Source of the DNA: Actinomycetota bacterium
GTDB taxonomy: Bacteria > Actinomycetota > Coriobacteriia > Anaerosomatales > JAUXNU01
Direction: 5' to 3'
Assembly: GCA_030682655.1 (NCBI GenBank)
Contig: JAUXNU010000045.1
Span: 9,909 to 73,908 of the forward strand
Length of the DNA stretch: 64,000 nt
This document shows, piece by piece, positions 1 to 10,456 of the stretch (positions within the stretch are counted from its first letter, which is position 1; each line of letters opens with the position of its first letter). The notes beneath the pieces were generated by a model that made no database searches, had not been told where the DNA came from, and saw nothing but the letters and a program-made list of their open reading frames with translations. The position numbers and the translations under genes are program-made.

Positions 1-1
1 C

Positions 2-190
2 CATTTCTGGGACGCAACTGACGACGAGATCAAGAGCGCTGTCGAGTCGGACGGCATCGGGCGCAGGGAACACGACGCGCTCGTGAAGGTGTGGAACGCC
101 CGGCGTCCGCCGTTGCGGATCAAGACCGAAGAAGAATACCGCGCGTATATCAAGTCCCTAAACGGAGCGAAGAAGAAAGCGGGCGAGTAG
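2..190 (+). CDS. 3' fragment of an unknown protein, probably element-borne, truncated by the window edge
   Basis: Frame is open from the window edge (..ALVKVWNARRPPLRIKTEEEYRAYIKSLNGAKKKAGE*) and ends at TAG 188-190, 2 nt before the integrase ATG. It is absent from the ORF track because it has no start codon in the window. Confidence 0.3.
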   Translation, partial: HFWDATDDEIKSAVESDGIGRREHDALVKVWNARRPPLRIKTEEEYRAYIKSLNGAKKKAGE

Positions 191-192
191 TC

Positions 193-1407
193 ATGAGCAA
201 CCGAATCCGCAAGGTCGCGAGGCAACACTACATCGTCACTATCGAGCTCAAGCCCGATCCCATGACGGGCAAGCGGCGGCGCGAGAGTCACACCGTCCAC
301 GGCCCGCGCGACCAGGCCGAGGCGTTGTGTTCCCAGCTGCTCGTGGACATACAGCGTGGCGAGTATGTCGCGCGCTCATCCTCGACGGTCGCCGACGTTT
401 GCCGCACATGGCTGAACAAAAAGAGCGCGGCTATGGCCGCGAAGAACGGGCAGAAGGGCTCACCAAGGACGCTTGAGAGGTACAAGTCCCTTCTGAACGG
501 CAGCGTGATCCCATCGCTCGGCGCGTGGCCCATCCAGAAGCTCACCACTGAGCACATCGAAGCCTTCTACGCAGCCAGTCTGGAGCACGTCAGCGCAGCG
601 ACCGTGCATCATCGCCACGTCGCGCTACAGCAGGCGCTTGAGTACGCGGTCAAGTCCCACCTCATCGCGACGAACCCGGCCAAGGACGCCGACGTGCCGG
701 AGGCCGAGCATCGGGAGATGCGCTTCCTCACCGGCGAAGAGGCAGCGACCCTGATCGCCGCAGCGACGGGCACGAGCCTGGAGGTCCCTGTCCGCCTCGC
801 ACTCGATACCGGAATGCGCTTGGGCGAGATTCTGGGTCTACGATGGTCGGACGTGTCACTCGACGCCGGACGCCTCACGGTCAACCAGACGGTACTCGAG
901 CTGTCCTCAGCGGGAACCGGCCTCGATTTCAAAGGGCCCAAGACCAAGGCCGGACGGCGGACCATCGCCCTTGCCAGTCCAACCGTGGCGTTCCTGCGCG
1001 AACACAAGCGCGCGCAGACCGCGCAACGCCTTGCGATGGGACCGGGATGGGCTAGCAACGATCTGGTCATCTGTAGCGCCTGTGGCGAACCTGTACGGCC
1101 GTCCACGGTCTCTCGGCACTTCGGGCGGCTAGTGAACCCGCCGACGCCGAAGGCCACACGCAGGACGCCGGAGCCGGAGCCGAAGAGCGGGCCCCTGTCC
1201 AAACCGTGCCGCTTCCATGACCTGCGACACACCCACGCGACGCTCGCGCTCGCGGCCGGGATGCCGGTCAAGGTCGTCTCGCAACGTCTCGGTCACACCA
1301 AGGCCAGCTTCACCCTGGACGTCTACGCGCACGTCCTACCGAAACAGGACCAGGAAGCCGCCGATACGGTCGCGTCGGCTATCTACGGAACCGCTCACGC
1401 GCTGTGA
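193..1407 (+). CDS. Tyrosine recombinase / phage-type integrase
   Basis: C-terminal catalytic region RFHDLRHTHATLALAAGMPVKVVSQRLGHTKASFTLDVYAHV (R..HxxR..H..Y signature) plus LRWSDV box. Start moved from track position 91 to ATG 193 (MSNRIRKVARQHY..), just after the upstream stop. The gene ends 89 nt from the 3' end of tRNA-Met. Confidence 0.9.
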   Translation: MSNRIRKVARQHYIVTIELKPDPMTGKRRRESHTVHGPRDQAEALCSQLLVDIQRGEYVARSSSTVADVCRTWLNKKSAAMAAKNGQKGSPRTLERYKSLLNGSVIPSLGAWPIQKLTTEHIEAFYAASLEHVSAATVHHRHVALQQALEYAVKSHLIATNPAKDADVPEAEHREMRFLTGEEAATLIAAATGTSLEVPVRLALDTGMRLGEILGLRWSDVSLDAGRLTVNQTVLELSSAGTGLDFKGPKTKAGRRTIALASPTVAFLREHKRAQTAQRLAMGPGWASNDLVICSACGEPVRPSTVSRHFGRLVNPPTPKATRRTPEPEPKSGPLSKPCRFHDLRHTHATLALAAGMPVKVVSQRLGHTKASFTLDVYAHVLPKQDQEAADTVASAIYGTAHAL

Positions 1408-1495
1408 ACGTGCCACATGGCGAATTTCGGGCGAATCTCAGGCCTGAGTAGATGAACGGGAACGCTCCCGGGGGAACGTTCCCGCAGATAGATGG

Positions 1496-1570
1496 TGGTG
1501 GGCCCGGCAGGATTCGAACCTGCAACCAAGGGATTATGAGTCCCCTGCTCCACCGTTGAGCTACGGGCCC
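1496..1570 (-). tRNA. tRNA-Met (anticodon CAT); an Ile2-type CAU tRNA cannot be excluded
   Basis: Hand-folded cloverleaf. Acceptor GGGCCCG/CGGGCCC, D stem GCTC/GAGC, anticodon loop CTCATAA, T arm GCAGG-TTCGAAT-CCTGC, encoded CCA. Confidence 0.9.
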
Positions 1571-1666
1571 ACTCGGGGTCGACGGCAGAACGCAGAGTTG
1601 TAGTGTAGCGCAAGCTCTCGTATAATCCTCAACCGTGCCCTGACAGCCTGTGCAGGCACAAAACAC

Positions 1667-1742
<76 letters not shown>

Positions 1743-1862
1743 AGCGACTTCAGGACCACCGCCATGCGGTGGTCCTTTGCTTGCCGCACAAGCATCGTTA
1801 TCCCAGCTACAATAGCGGGTAGGACACAAACGGGGAGCACGGGACGACACACGAAGGGCTAC

Positions 1863-3344
1863 ATGATGCGAGTCATCGTTGCCGATGACGACGAGTCTAG
1901 CCGCTACATGATGACTGCAATGCTCCGCGCTGTCGGCCACGAACCCGTTCCGGCCGAGGACGGCGTCGAAGCGCTCCGTCTCGCACGACAGGAGCCGCCG
2001 GACCTCATCGTGAGCGACATCCTCATGCCCACGATGGACGGCTACCAGCTCTGCCGCGAGTGGCGTGCGGACGAAGCTCTCGCCCAGGTCCCTTTCGTCT
2101 TCTACACCGCCAACTACACCGACGTCGGCGACGAACGCTTCGCCAAGAACCTTGGGGCCGACCGCTTCCTCATCAAACCCATGGATCCGCACAAACTCCT
2201 GAACGAACTCGAGCGCCTCCTGCAGCTTGCTGAGACGGGAGTCATCGAGCCGCATACCCCGGAGGTGGACGAGTCCGAGATACTCCGCGAATACAACACG
2301 CGACTCGTCCACAAGCTCGAACAGCAGATCGAGGAGCTTCGAACATCCAACGAGAGCCTGGCGCAGACCCAGGGCAACCTCTCACGTCTAGTCGAGACGG
2401 CCCCCGTTGGGATCATCACGATCAGCGCCACAGGGAAGGTGCTCATGTGGAACCCTGCAGCGGAGAAGATGTTCGGCTGGTCGTCCGAGGAGCTGCTCGG
2501 GCGAACCTGTCCGCTCATCGAGCAGCCTTCCGGCGTTGAGTGCATCCAGCTCCTCAAGGCCGTCAACGCACCGGTTTCCGGCCACGAGACGGAGTTCCGC
2601 GCCAAGGACGGCCACCTGGTCGAAGTGAGCGTCTCAGCTGCGCCTTTCCCCGGCGAGGGAGATGATGGTCTCCTCGCCATCATCACGGACGTCACATTGC
2701 AGCACGCGACCAAAGACGACCTCGAGGCCACGATCGAGCGCCTCTCGAACATGATGGAGGGAACGGTCAACGCCATCGCGAAGATCGTCGAGGCGCGTGA
2801 CCCGTACACATCCGGCCACCAGGAGCGTGTCGCAGCGCTCGCCGAGGGCATAGCGCAGGAAATGGGCCTACCCGGGGACGCCGTTGAGGGTATTCGTGTC
2901 GCAGGACTGATTCACGATATCGGGAAAGTCTACGTACCTGCCGAGATACTCGCCAAGCCCAGGCGGCTCACAGATGTGGAGTTCAGCATCGTCAAGATGC
3001 ATCCCGAGGTCGCCTACGATGTCTTGGGGGCCATCGAGTTTCCTTGGCCGATCGCTACCTATGTTGTGCAGCACCACGAACGGCTCGACGGCTCGGGATA
3101 CCTGGGGGCGCTGCGAGGCGACTCGATTCTGCTGGGTTCGCGGATCCTCGCGGTAGCGGACGTGGTAGAGGCTATGTCGTCGCACCGGCCCTACAAGGTC
3201 GCTTCCGGCATCGACGCGGCCCTCGAGGAGATCGAATCCGGGGCGGGCAGCCGCTACGACGAAAAAGCCGTGCGAGCCTGCGTCACGCGGTTCCGGACGC
3301 GCGGCCTCAGCCTCGACGACCTGCAGGTGACGACACTCGCGTAG
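1863..3344 (+). CDS. Response-regulator receiver + PAS + HD-GYP-type domain protein (putative cyclic-di-GMP phosphodiesterase)
   Basis: N-terminus MMRVIVADDDESSRYMM..DLIVSDILMPTMDGYQL..KP is a REC domain. Middle region LVETAPVGIITISATGKVLMWNPAAEKMFGWS is PAS. C-terminus GHQERV..LIHDIGKVYVP..HHERLDGSGYLG is HD-GYP class with GYL in place of GYP. Start set at ATG 1863, preceded by GAAGGG. Confidence 0.85.
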   Translation: MMRVIVADDDESSRYMMTAMLRAVGHEPVPAEDGVEALRLARQEPPDLIVSDILMPTMDGYQLCREWRADEALAQVPFVFYTANYTDVGDERFAKNLGADRFLIKPMDPHKLLNELERLLQLAETGVIEPHTPEVDESEILREYNTRLVHKLEQQIEELRTSNESLAQTQGNLSRLVETAPVGIITISATGKVLMWNPAAEKMFGWSSEELLGRTCPLIEQPSGVECIQLLKAVNAPVSGHETEFRAKDGHLVEVSVSAAPFPGEGDDGLLAIITDVTLQHATKDDLEATIERLSNMMEGTVNAIAKIVEARDPYTSGHQERVAALAEGIAQEMGLPGDAVEGIRVAGLIHDIGKVYVPAEILAKPRRLTDVEFSIVKMHPEVAYDVLGAIEFPWPIATYVVQHHERLDGSGYLGALRGDSILLGSRILAVADVVEAMSSHRPYKVASGIDAALEEIESGAGSRYDEKAVRACVTRFRTRGLSLDDLQVTTLA

Positions 3345-3364
3345 CACCCGGCCGGATCCGCCGA

Positions 3365-4750
<1,386 letters not shown>

Positions 4751-4766
4751 GCTTGTCCCACACTTC

Positions 4767-6602
4767 CTACTCGTTCTTCCCGGCTCCGCGGCGCAGCTTG
4801 TCCACGCGTTGCTGCAAAGCCGCGATTTCCTTGAACAGGTCATCGAATTCGACGCGGTCACTTGCCGGGTCGAGTCGCTTGAAACGGGTCTTCTTCTCTA
4901 TGATTTGACGCTCGAGGGCAAACTCCTTGAGCTTACTTAACAATTCCTTGGAGATATCGCCCGTGTCTTCCTCGTCGTCGCCCCCGACGACAAGTCCGCT
5001 GAGCAGCTCTCCAGCGTCGGAATCGACGGCCACAACAGCGTTGTAGAGGTCTCTACCCGTTGCCGTACCGGCTTCCACGACCAATCTGAGCAGCGTCCGC
5101 AATTCTTGGTCGCCAAGGACATCATTGTCAAGCAATTCCCGTGCCTCGGACCGCAGCGAGCTGTCAGCCGCCAGAAGCGACACGTACTCCCGCTCGGCCG
5201 CCAGACGCGGATCTCTGAGCGCCGGTCGTTCCGTGCGCCGCGGACCTGGAGCGTCTTCGCGATCGACCGACTCCGGTCCACGCACAACGGACGGCTGCGC
5301 ATGCCGCACCGCCTCGGCGACCGTGGCGTAGTCTACCAGCAGCCGGTCCGCCACGTAGTTCGAGTAGTCCTGCGCCAGGAGCGTTCCCTTCACAGACGCG
5401 AGTACCGACGCCGCGGCAGCAAGCGCCCGCGAACGGCCTTCCGGCTTGTCGAGCTCGTGCTTCTCCAGACGGCGGTCGAGCACGAACTGCATGAGCGGCT
5501 CAGCGGACTCGATAACCCCCCGGACGCCTTCGGCGCCGTGTAGCGCAACGTAGTCCGCAGGGTCCTTCCCCTCCGGTACCACGGCAACCGCCAGCTCGAT
5601 CGGATCGCGTCCGGCGGTTCCCTCCACGCTCACGTCGATGAACTCAGCTGCTCTCTCCGCAGCTCGCAGTCCGGCCTCGTCCGCGTCGAAGAGATACACG
5701 ATGCGTTTGGCGAACCTGCCAAGGAGCTTCACGTGATCGCGCGTGAGCGCTGTCCCGAGCGTCGCCACCGCGTCACGCACGCCGGCTACATGTAGCGCGA
5801 TGACATCCGTGTACCCTTCGACCACCACAGCCGTTCCGCTTTGCACGATCTCGTTCTTCGCCCGGTCAAGCGCATACAGGTTGCGCGACTTCTGGAAGAC
5901 GGCCGTCTCGCTCGTATTGAGATACTTCGGCTCCCCCTCGCCAAGGACGCGCCCCCCGAAAGCAATGGCCCGTCCGCGCAGGTCTTGGATCGGAAACATC
6001 ACGCGGTCGAAGAAGCGGTCGCGCAAGTCCCCACGATCGGTGCGAAAGCCCAGGTTCGATTCGACGATCTCCTCGGCGGTGAAGCCGAGCTCGCGAAGGT
6101 GACGGGTGAGCGTTCCTCGGCCCTGCGCGAAGCCGAGCTGAAACTCCTTGGCGACGTCGATGCCGAACCCGCGAGTCGCGAGATACGCCCGCGCGGTCTT
6201 CGCACTCTCTTCGCGTCCGGACACGAGCACCTTGTGGTAGAAGTCGGCTGCCGCCTCACACGCCTCGATGAGGCGTTCTTTGTGACCGCGCGGCGTCGCG
6301 TCGCCCACTTCGTGAATCTCGATCCTGGCGCGGTCGGCAAGCGCGCGCACGGCATCGGGGAAGTCGTAGTGCTCCTGACGCATCAGAAACCCGATGGCGT
6401 CTCCGCCCTCACCGCACCCGAAGCAGTGCCAGAGCTGGGTAGCGGGATCCGCTTTGAACGACGGGGTCTTCTCACCATGAAACGGGCACAACCCCCAGTA
6501 CAGGCGGCCCTTCTGCTTGAGCACGATTGACTCGGATATGAGGGCGACTACGTCCGTGGCGTCACGTACGCGCTGCACGTCTTCGTCAGGTATGCGACCC
6601 AC
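4767..6602 (-). CDS. dnaG: DNA primase
   Basis: Zinc-finger [36 protein letters not shown] region [21 protein letters not shown]. Lies next to rpoD, as in the classical operon. Confidence 0.95.
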   Translation of the reverse strand: MGRIPDEDVQRVRDATDVVALISESIVLKQKGRLYWGLCPFHGEKTPSFKADPATQLWHCFGCGEGGDAIGFLMRQEHYDFPDAVRALADRARIEIHEVGDATPRGHKERLIEACEAAADFYHKVLVSGREESAKTARAYLATRGFGIDVAKEFQLGFAQGRGTLTRHLRELGFTAEEIVESNLGFRTDRGDLRDRFFDRVMFPIQDLRGRAIAFGGRVLGEGEPKYLNTSETAVFQKSRNLYALDRAKNEIVQSGTAVVVEGYTDVIALHVAGVRDAVATLGTALTRDHVKLLGRFAKRIVYLFDADEAGLRAAERAAEFIDVSVEGTAGRDPIELAVAVVPEGKDPADYVALHGAEGVRGVIESAEPLMQFVLDRRLEKHELDKPEGRSRALAAAASVLASVKGTLLAQDYSNYVADRLLVDYATVAEAVRHAQPSVVRGPESVDREDAPGPRRTERPALRDPRLAAEREYVSLLAADSSLRSEARELLDNDVLGDQELRTLLRLVVEAGTATGRDLYNAVVAVDSDAGELLSGLVVGGDDEEDTGDISKELLSKLKEFALERQIIEKKTRFKRLDPASDRVEFDDLFKEIAALQQRVDKLRRGAGKNE

Positions 6603-6672
6603 ACGCCCTCCTTTCGACCTGCTTCTCTATACCCCGTCCGGAGGTCCTGGCGGCCCCCGGGAAGAAACGACG

Positions 6673-6704
6673 GTGCTCCCGGACGGGGATCCGTCCGGGA
6701 GCAC
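6673..6704 (-). terminator. Hairpin downstream of hppA (candidate intrinsic terminator)
   Basis: Perfect 14-bp stem GTGCTCCCGGACGG / CCGTCCGGGAGCAC with a 4-nt loop. On the minus strand it is followed by CGTCGTTTCTTCC, a weak U-tract. Confidence 0.4.
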
Positions 6705-6755
6705 TCGCCGACATGACCGGCAGTCTCACGCAAGTGAGCCGCCGGGAGCTTGAAT

Positions 6756-8852
6756 CTAGGCGCCGTGAATCTTGAGGAACAGCGGCACGAATACCAGTGA
6801 CACGACTGTCATGAGCTTGATGAGGATGTTCATCGCCGGACCGGAGGTGTCCTTGAACGGGTCACCCACGGTGTCGCCGACGACGGCCGCATGGTGGGCA
6901 GCAGAACCCTTTCCACCGTGTACGCCACCCTCGATGTACTTCTTGGCATTGTCCCAGGCTCCACCGGCGTTCGCCATCATGATGGCAAGCAGGAAGCCCG
7001 AAACGACCGCACCGGCGAGGAAGCCACCGAGCATCTCGAGGTTGAGAAGGCCGAGCCCGATCGGGATGACGACGGCCAGAATGCCGGGAACAACCATCTC
7101 CTTGAGCGCACCCTTGGTCGCGATCTCGACACACGAAGCGTAGTCTGCGCGCGAGCCCTCGACACCTTCAAGCAGACCGGGGATCTCCTTGAACTGCCTG
7201 CGCACTTCGCCGATCATGGCGAAGGCCGCGCGTCCGACGGCGTTCATGGTGAGCGCTCCGAACAGGAACGGGAGCATCGCGCCCACGAACAGTCCGACGA
7301 CGACCAGCGGATTCTCGAGCGACAGGTCGAGCGTGATGCCGCCCGCGGCTATTGTGGTGCGGAATGCAGTGAACAACGCCAGGGCGGTCAGACCGGCAGA
7401 ACCGATCGCAAAGCCCTTGGCGATGGCGGCCGTGGTGTTGCCGACCGAATCCAACGAGTCGGTGATCTTGCGGATACCCGGATCCATGTGCGCCATCTCG
7501 GCAATGCCCCCGGCGTTGTCGGCGACAGGACCGTATGCGTCGACGCCGACAGTGATCGCGGTGATCGACAGCATCCCTAGTGCGGCCAAAGCAATACCGT
7601 AGATGCCGGAAACGGCATTGTCCGGAACCGCAAGGTTCCCCATGTAGTACGCGCCGTAGATGCAGACCGCCACCACGAGGATAGGGCCAACCGTCGAGAT
7701 CATACCGACTCCGAGACCGGCGATGATGTTCGTCGCAGCGCCGGTCTTGCTCGCCTCGGCGATACCTTTGACCGGCTTGAAGTGATCCGAGCAGTAGTAC
7801 TCGGTGATCTGACCGATCGCGATACCCGCAGCAAGGCCTATGACGACCGAGCCGAAGAACCACAAGCGGGACATGTCACCAACGGTAGAGGCCCACCAGT
7901 AGAACAGGCCCGCCATCGCTCCGACCTCGAGGATCGCAGCAACGTACGTCCCCGTGTTAAGAGCCAGGTGCAGGTTGCTGCCCTCCTTGGCGCGAACCGC
8001 GAACAGGCCGATAATCGACATGATGATGCCCGCGGCCGCGATAAGCAGCGGCATAGTGACGCCGAACGCGAAGTCGACCGTGCCGGTCGCCCATAGGGAC
8101 AGAGCGAGCACGATCGGGGCAAGCATCGAGCCGACGAAGCTCTCGAACAGGTCGGCGCCCATACCCGCGACGTCGCCCACGTTATCGCCCACGTTGTCGG
8201 CGATAACGGCCGGGTTGCGGGGATCGTCCTCGGGGATACCGGCTTCAACCTTACCCACAAGGTCGGCTCCCACGTCAGCGGCCTTGGTGTAGATGCCACC
8301 GCCGACACGTGCGAACAGCGCGATCGAGCTGGCACCCAGAGCGAAGCCGTTCACGATGGCCTGGTCAGCGATCGGATTCTCGCCGGTAACGATGAAGACG
8401 ATAGTCCACAGGGACAGACCCAGTACACCGAACGAAGCGACCGTGAGGCCCATCGTCAGACCGGAGCGGAACGCAACGTTGAGCGCCTTGGCGATGCCGG
8501 TGGTGGCAGCCTGGGCCGTACGCGAATTCGCACGGGTGGCCACGTACATGCCCACGAAGCCCGCCGTGGCGGACAATAGACCGCCCGTGAGAAACGCTGC
8601 GCCTGTCAGCACACCCTCTCTGATACCCGTGCCGCTCACAGCGAGTGCGACAAAGACCACGGCGGCGAAGACGATCAGCACGCGCCATTCCGCCTTCAGG
8701 AACGCCATAGCGCCTTCCTGGATGGCCTTCGATATCTCCTGCATCTTCGAGTTGCCCGGATCCTGCTTCAGGACCCACGAGCCAAGAAACGCGGCGACGG
8801 CCAGGCCGACGACCGCAGCGGCAGGCGCAAGCCACGCTACTGCCTCATTCAT
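6756..8852 (-). CDS. hppA: Membrane-bound proton/sodium-translocating pyrophosphatase
   Basis: Polytopic protein with hallmark motifs [41 protein letters not shown] and [13 protein letters not shown]. Start set at ATG 8852 (MNEAVAW..), preceded by AGGAGA. Confidence 0.93.
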   Translation of the reverse strand: MNEAVAWLAPAAAVVGLAVAAFLGSWVLKQDPGNSKMQEISKAIQEGAMAFLKAEWRVLIVFAAVVFVALAVSGTGIREGVLTGAAFLTGGLLSATAGFVGMYVATRANSRTAQAATTGIAKALNVAFRSGLTMGLTVASFGVLGLSLWTIVFIVTGENPIADQAIVNGFALGASSIALFARVGGGIYTKAADVGADLVGKVEAGIPEDDPRNPAVIADNVGDNVGDVAGMGADLFESFVGSMLAPIVLALSLWATGTVDFAFGVTMPLLIAAAGIIMSIIGLFAVRAKEGSNLHLALNTGTYVAAILEVGAMAGLFYWWASTVGDMSRLWFFGSVVIGLAAGIAIGQITEYYCSDHFKPVKGIAEASKTGAATNIIAGLGVGMISTVGPILVVAVCIYGAYYMGNLAVPDNAVSGIYGIALAALGMLSITAITVGVDAYGPVADNAGGIAEMAHMDPGIRKITDSLDSVGNTTAAIAKGFAIGSAGLTALALFTAFRTTIAAGGITLDLSLENPLVVVGLFVGAMLPFLFGALTMNAVGRAAFAMIGEVRRQFKEIPGLLEGVEGSRADYASCVEIATKGALKEMVVPGILAVVIPIGLGLLNLEMLGGFLAGAVVSGFLLAIMMANAGGAWDNAKKYIEGGVHGGKGSAAHHAAVVGDTVGDPFKDTSGPAMNILIKLMTVVSLVFVPLFLKIHGA

Positions 8853-8979
8853 ACACCCTCTCCTTTCGATCCACGAATGGACCTCTCCCATACCCCTCCC
8901 GGGGCGGTTGGCGCTCGGCTGATGATACCGGAGCCCCCGAAACGCGGCAACAGAACGGCACCCATGCCGCATCCACGGG

Positions 8980-10014
8980 CTAGAACATCCAGTTCTTTGG
9001 CATGAAGAGGCTCTCGAACTGGCGCAGGGCGAACCGGTCTGTCATGCCCGAGACGTAGTCCACGACACGTTGCGGCAGCTCTTCGGCGGTTGATGCGCCG
9101 AACTCCTCGGCGAGCAGTTCCGGATGCTGCATGTAGTGCTCGAAGAGGCGCCTCACGACTCCGAACGCCTTCGGCTCCTCGGACTTGGCCTTCTCGGACA
9201 GGTAGACGTTGTCGAAGAGCCATTGCCGCAGATCGAGCATCGCGGACCGGACCTCGTCCGACATCCGGATCTCGTCACCTTCGAGGCTGTGCTCCACAAG
9301 GTCGTTCACCATTGTGGTGATCCGTGCCCCGTGATGGTGGCCAAGGACGTCCGTGGGCCCCGCCGGCAGATCGCTTTCGTGCAGGATGTCGCCTCGGATC
9401 GAGTCGTCGATGTCGTGATTGATGTAGGCGATCCGATCGGCGATCGCCACGACTTGGCCCTCCAGAGTCTGCGCTCGCTGGCCCCCGGTGTGGTGCGCGA
9501 TGCCGTCGCGGACCTCCCAGGTGAGGTTCAGGCCCTTCCCATCGTACTCGAGCTTCTCCACGATCCTCAGCGATTGCAGGTTGTGGCGAAACGGTCGCGG
9601 CGCGGACGGGTACTCCTCGGCCAGCGCTTCAAGCGTCGCGTTCAGCGCGTCTTCGCCGATATGGCCAAAGGGCGTGTGCCCGAGGTCGTGCCCCAGCGCG
9701 ATAGCCTCCGTGAGGTCTTCATTCAGGCGAAGCGCTCGCGCGATGGAGCGCCCGATCTGCGCGACCTCGAGAGTGTGGGTGAGACGGGTGCGATAGTGGT
9801 CTCCTTCGGGAGCCAGGAAGACTTGCGTCTTGTGCGACAGACGACGGAACGCCTTGCAGTGGATGATACGGTCCCGGTCTCTCTGGAACTCGGTTCGGTA
9901 CGGATCGGGAGCCAGCACGCTCGCACGGCCCCGTGTGTGATCGGCAAACGCCGCGCGCGGGGAGAGGCGTTCGTGCTCTTGCGCCTCGTACCGGGCACTC
10001 GTGTTGATCTCCAA
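8980..10014 (-). CDS. dgt: dGTPase-like HD-domain deoxynucleoside triphosphate triphosphohydrolase
   Basis: [55 protein letters not shown], and C-terminal [11 protein letters not shown]. Start set at TTG 10014, 4 nt after GGAGG. Confidence 0.85.
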   Translation of the reverse strand: MEINTSARYEAQEHERLSPRAAFADHTRGRASVLAPDPYRTEFQRDRDRIIHCKAFRRLSHKTQVFLAPEGDHYRTRLTHTLEVAQIGRSIARALRLNEDLTEAIALGHDLGHTPFGHIGEDALNATLEALAEEYPSAPRPFRHNLQSLRIVEKLEYDGKGLNLTWEVRDGIAHHTGGQRAQTLEGQVVAIADRIAYINHDIDDSIRGDILHESDLPAGPTDVLGHHHGARITTMVNDLVEHSLEGDEIRMSDEVRSAMLDLRQWLFDNVYLSEKAKSEEPKAFGVVRRLFEHYMQHPELLAEEFGASTAEELPQRVVDYVSGMTDRFALRQFESLFMPKNWMF

Positions 10015-10028
10015 GACGCCTCCGTGCT

Positions 10029-10400
10029 TCAGCTTGCGAGCATCCCAAACACCCAGATTCCTCCCAGTGAGCCAGCGACAGCGAGCACCACTCCCGGGAT
10101 CCACCTGCGGCGCGCGCCCCACGAACTAGCAAGCGCGACGCCGAGCACCGCTCCGATCAGTGAGCCCAGCAGAACTCCAGGGCTGCGCTCGAACCACGTC
10201 TGAAGCGCATCAAGCGCCGCACCAGGGAGAGTCCGACCGTCTGATACGGCCACGTACCACCAGACGGGAAGCGGTCCGAACACACCGGCTGCGGCTGAAC
10301 CGGCAAGCGCCTGCCACCAGGGTCGGACGCTCTTGGAGCTTCCCTGGATCAGCGGCGAACCAGTCCTCTGGAACAGCCTCGTGGATCTTCCCACGGCCAC
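10029..10400 (-). CDS. Hypothetical small membrane protein
   Basis: This is the tail of track ORF 10029..10910 lying in the dgt-ppdK gap. Hydrophobic segments LAGSAAAGVFGPLPVWWYVAV, GVLLGSLIGAVLGVALA and IPGVVLAVAGSLGGIWVFGML. Third-codon positions are G/C-rich. The GTG 10400 start is uncertain. Confidence 0.35.
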   Translation of the reverse strand: MAVGRSTRLFQRTGSPLIQGSSKSVRPWWQALAGSAAAGVFGPLPVWWYVAVSDGRTLPGAALDALQTWFERSPGVLLGSLIGAVLGVALASSWGARRRWIPGVVLAVAGSLGGIWVFGMLAS

Positions 10401-10456
10401 CCGCCCTAAGTCGCACCCGCGGCGGCCCCCCAATGCGGGCCTGACCGCCGCGATCG

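Noticed and set aside
609-1271. Long antisense or alternative-frame ORFs overlapping well-supported genes. Examples: 609-1271(-), 3581-4723(+), 9124-10203(+), 11987-12871(+), 16228-17088(+), 25126-26463(+), 32288-33607(+), 35617-36618(+), 39028-40866(+), 44757-46052(+), 52340-53395(-), 54033-54839(-).
   Set aside because: These are typical high-GC shadow ORFs. Their translations are low-complexity and R/A/P/G-rich with no recognisable motifs. Each overlaps a gene with strong family signatures on the other strand or frame.
193-1407. This integrase as the recombinase responsible for the tRNA-Ala island.
   Set aside because: It lies ~40 kb away, directly against a different tRNA (tRNA-Met). That indicates it belongs to a separate element extending left of the window.
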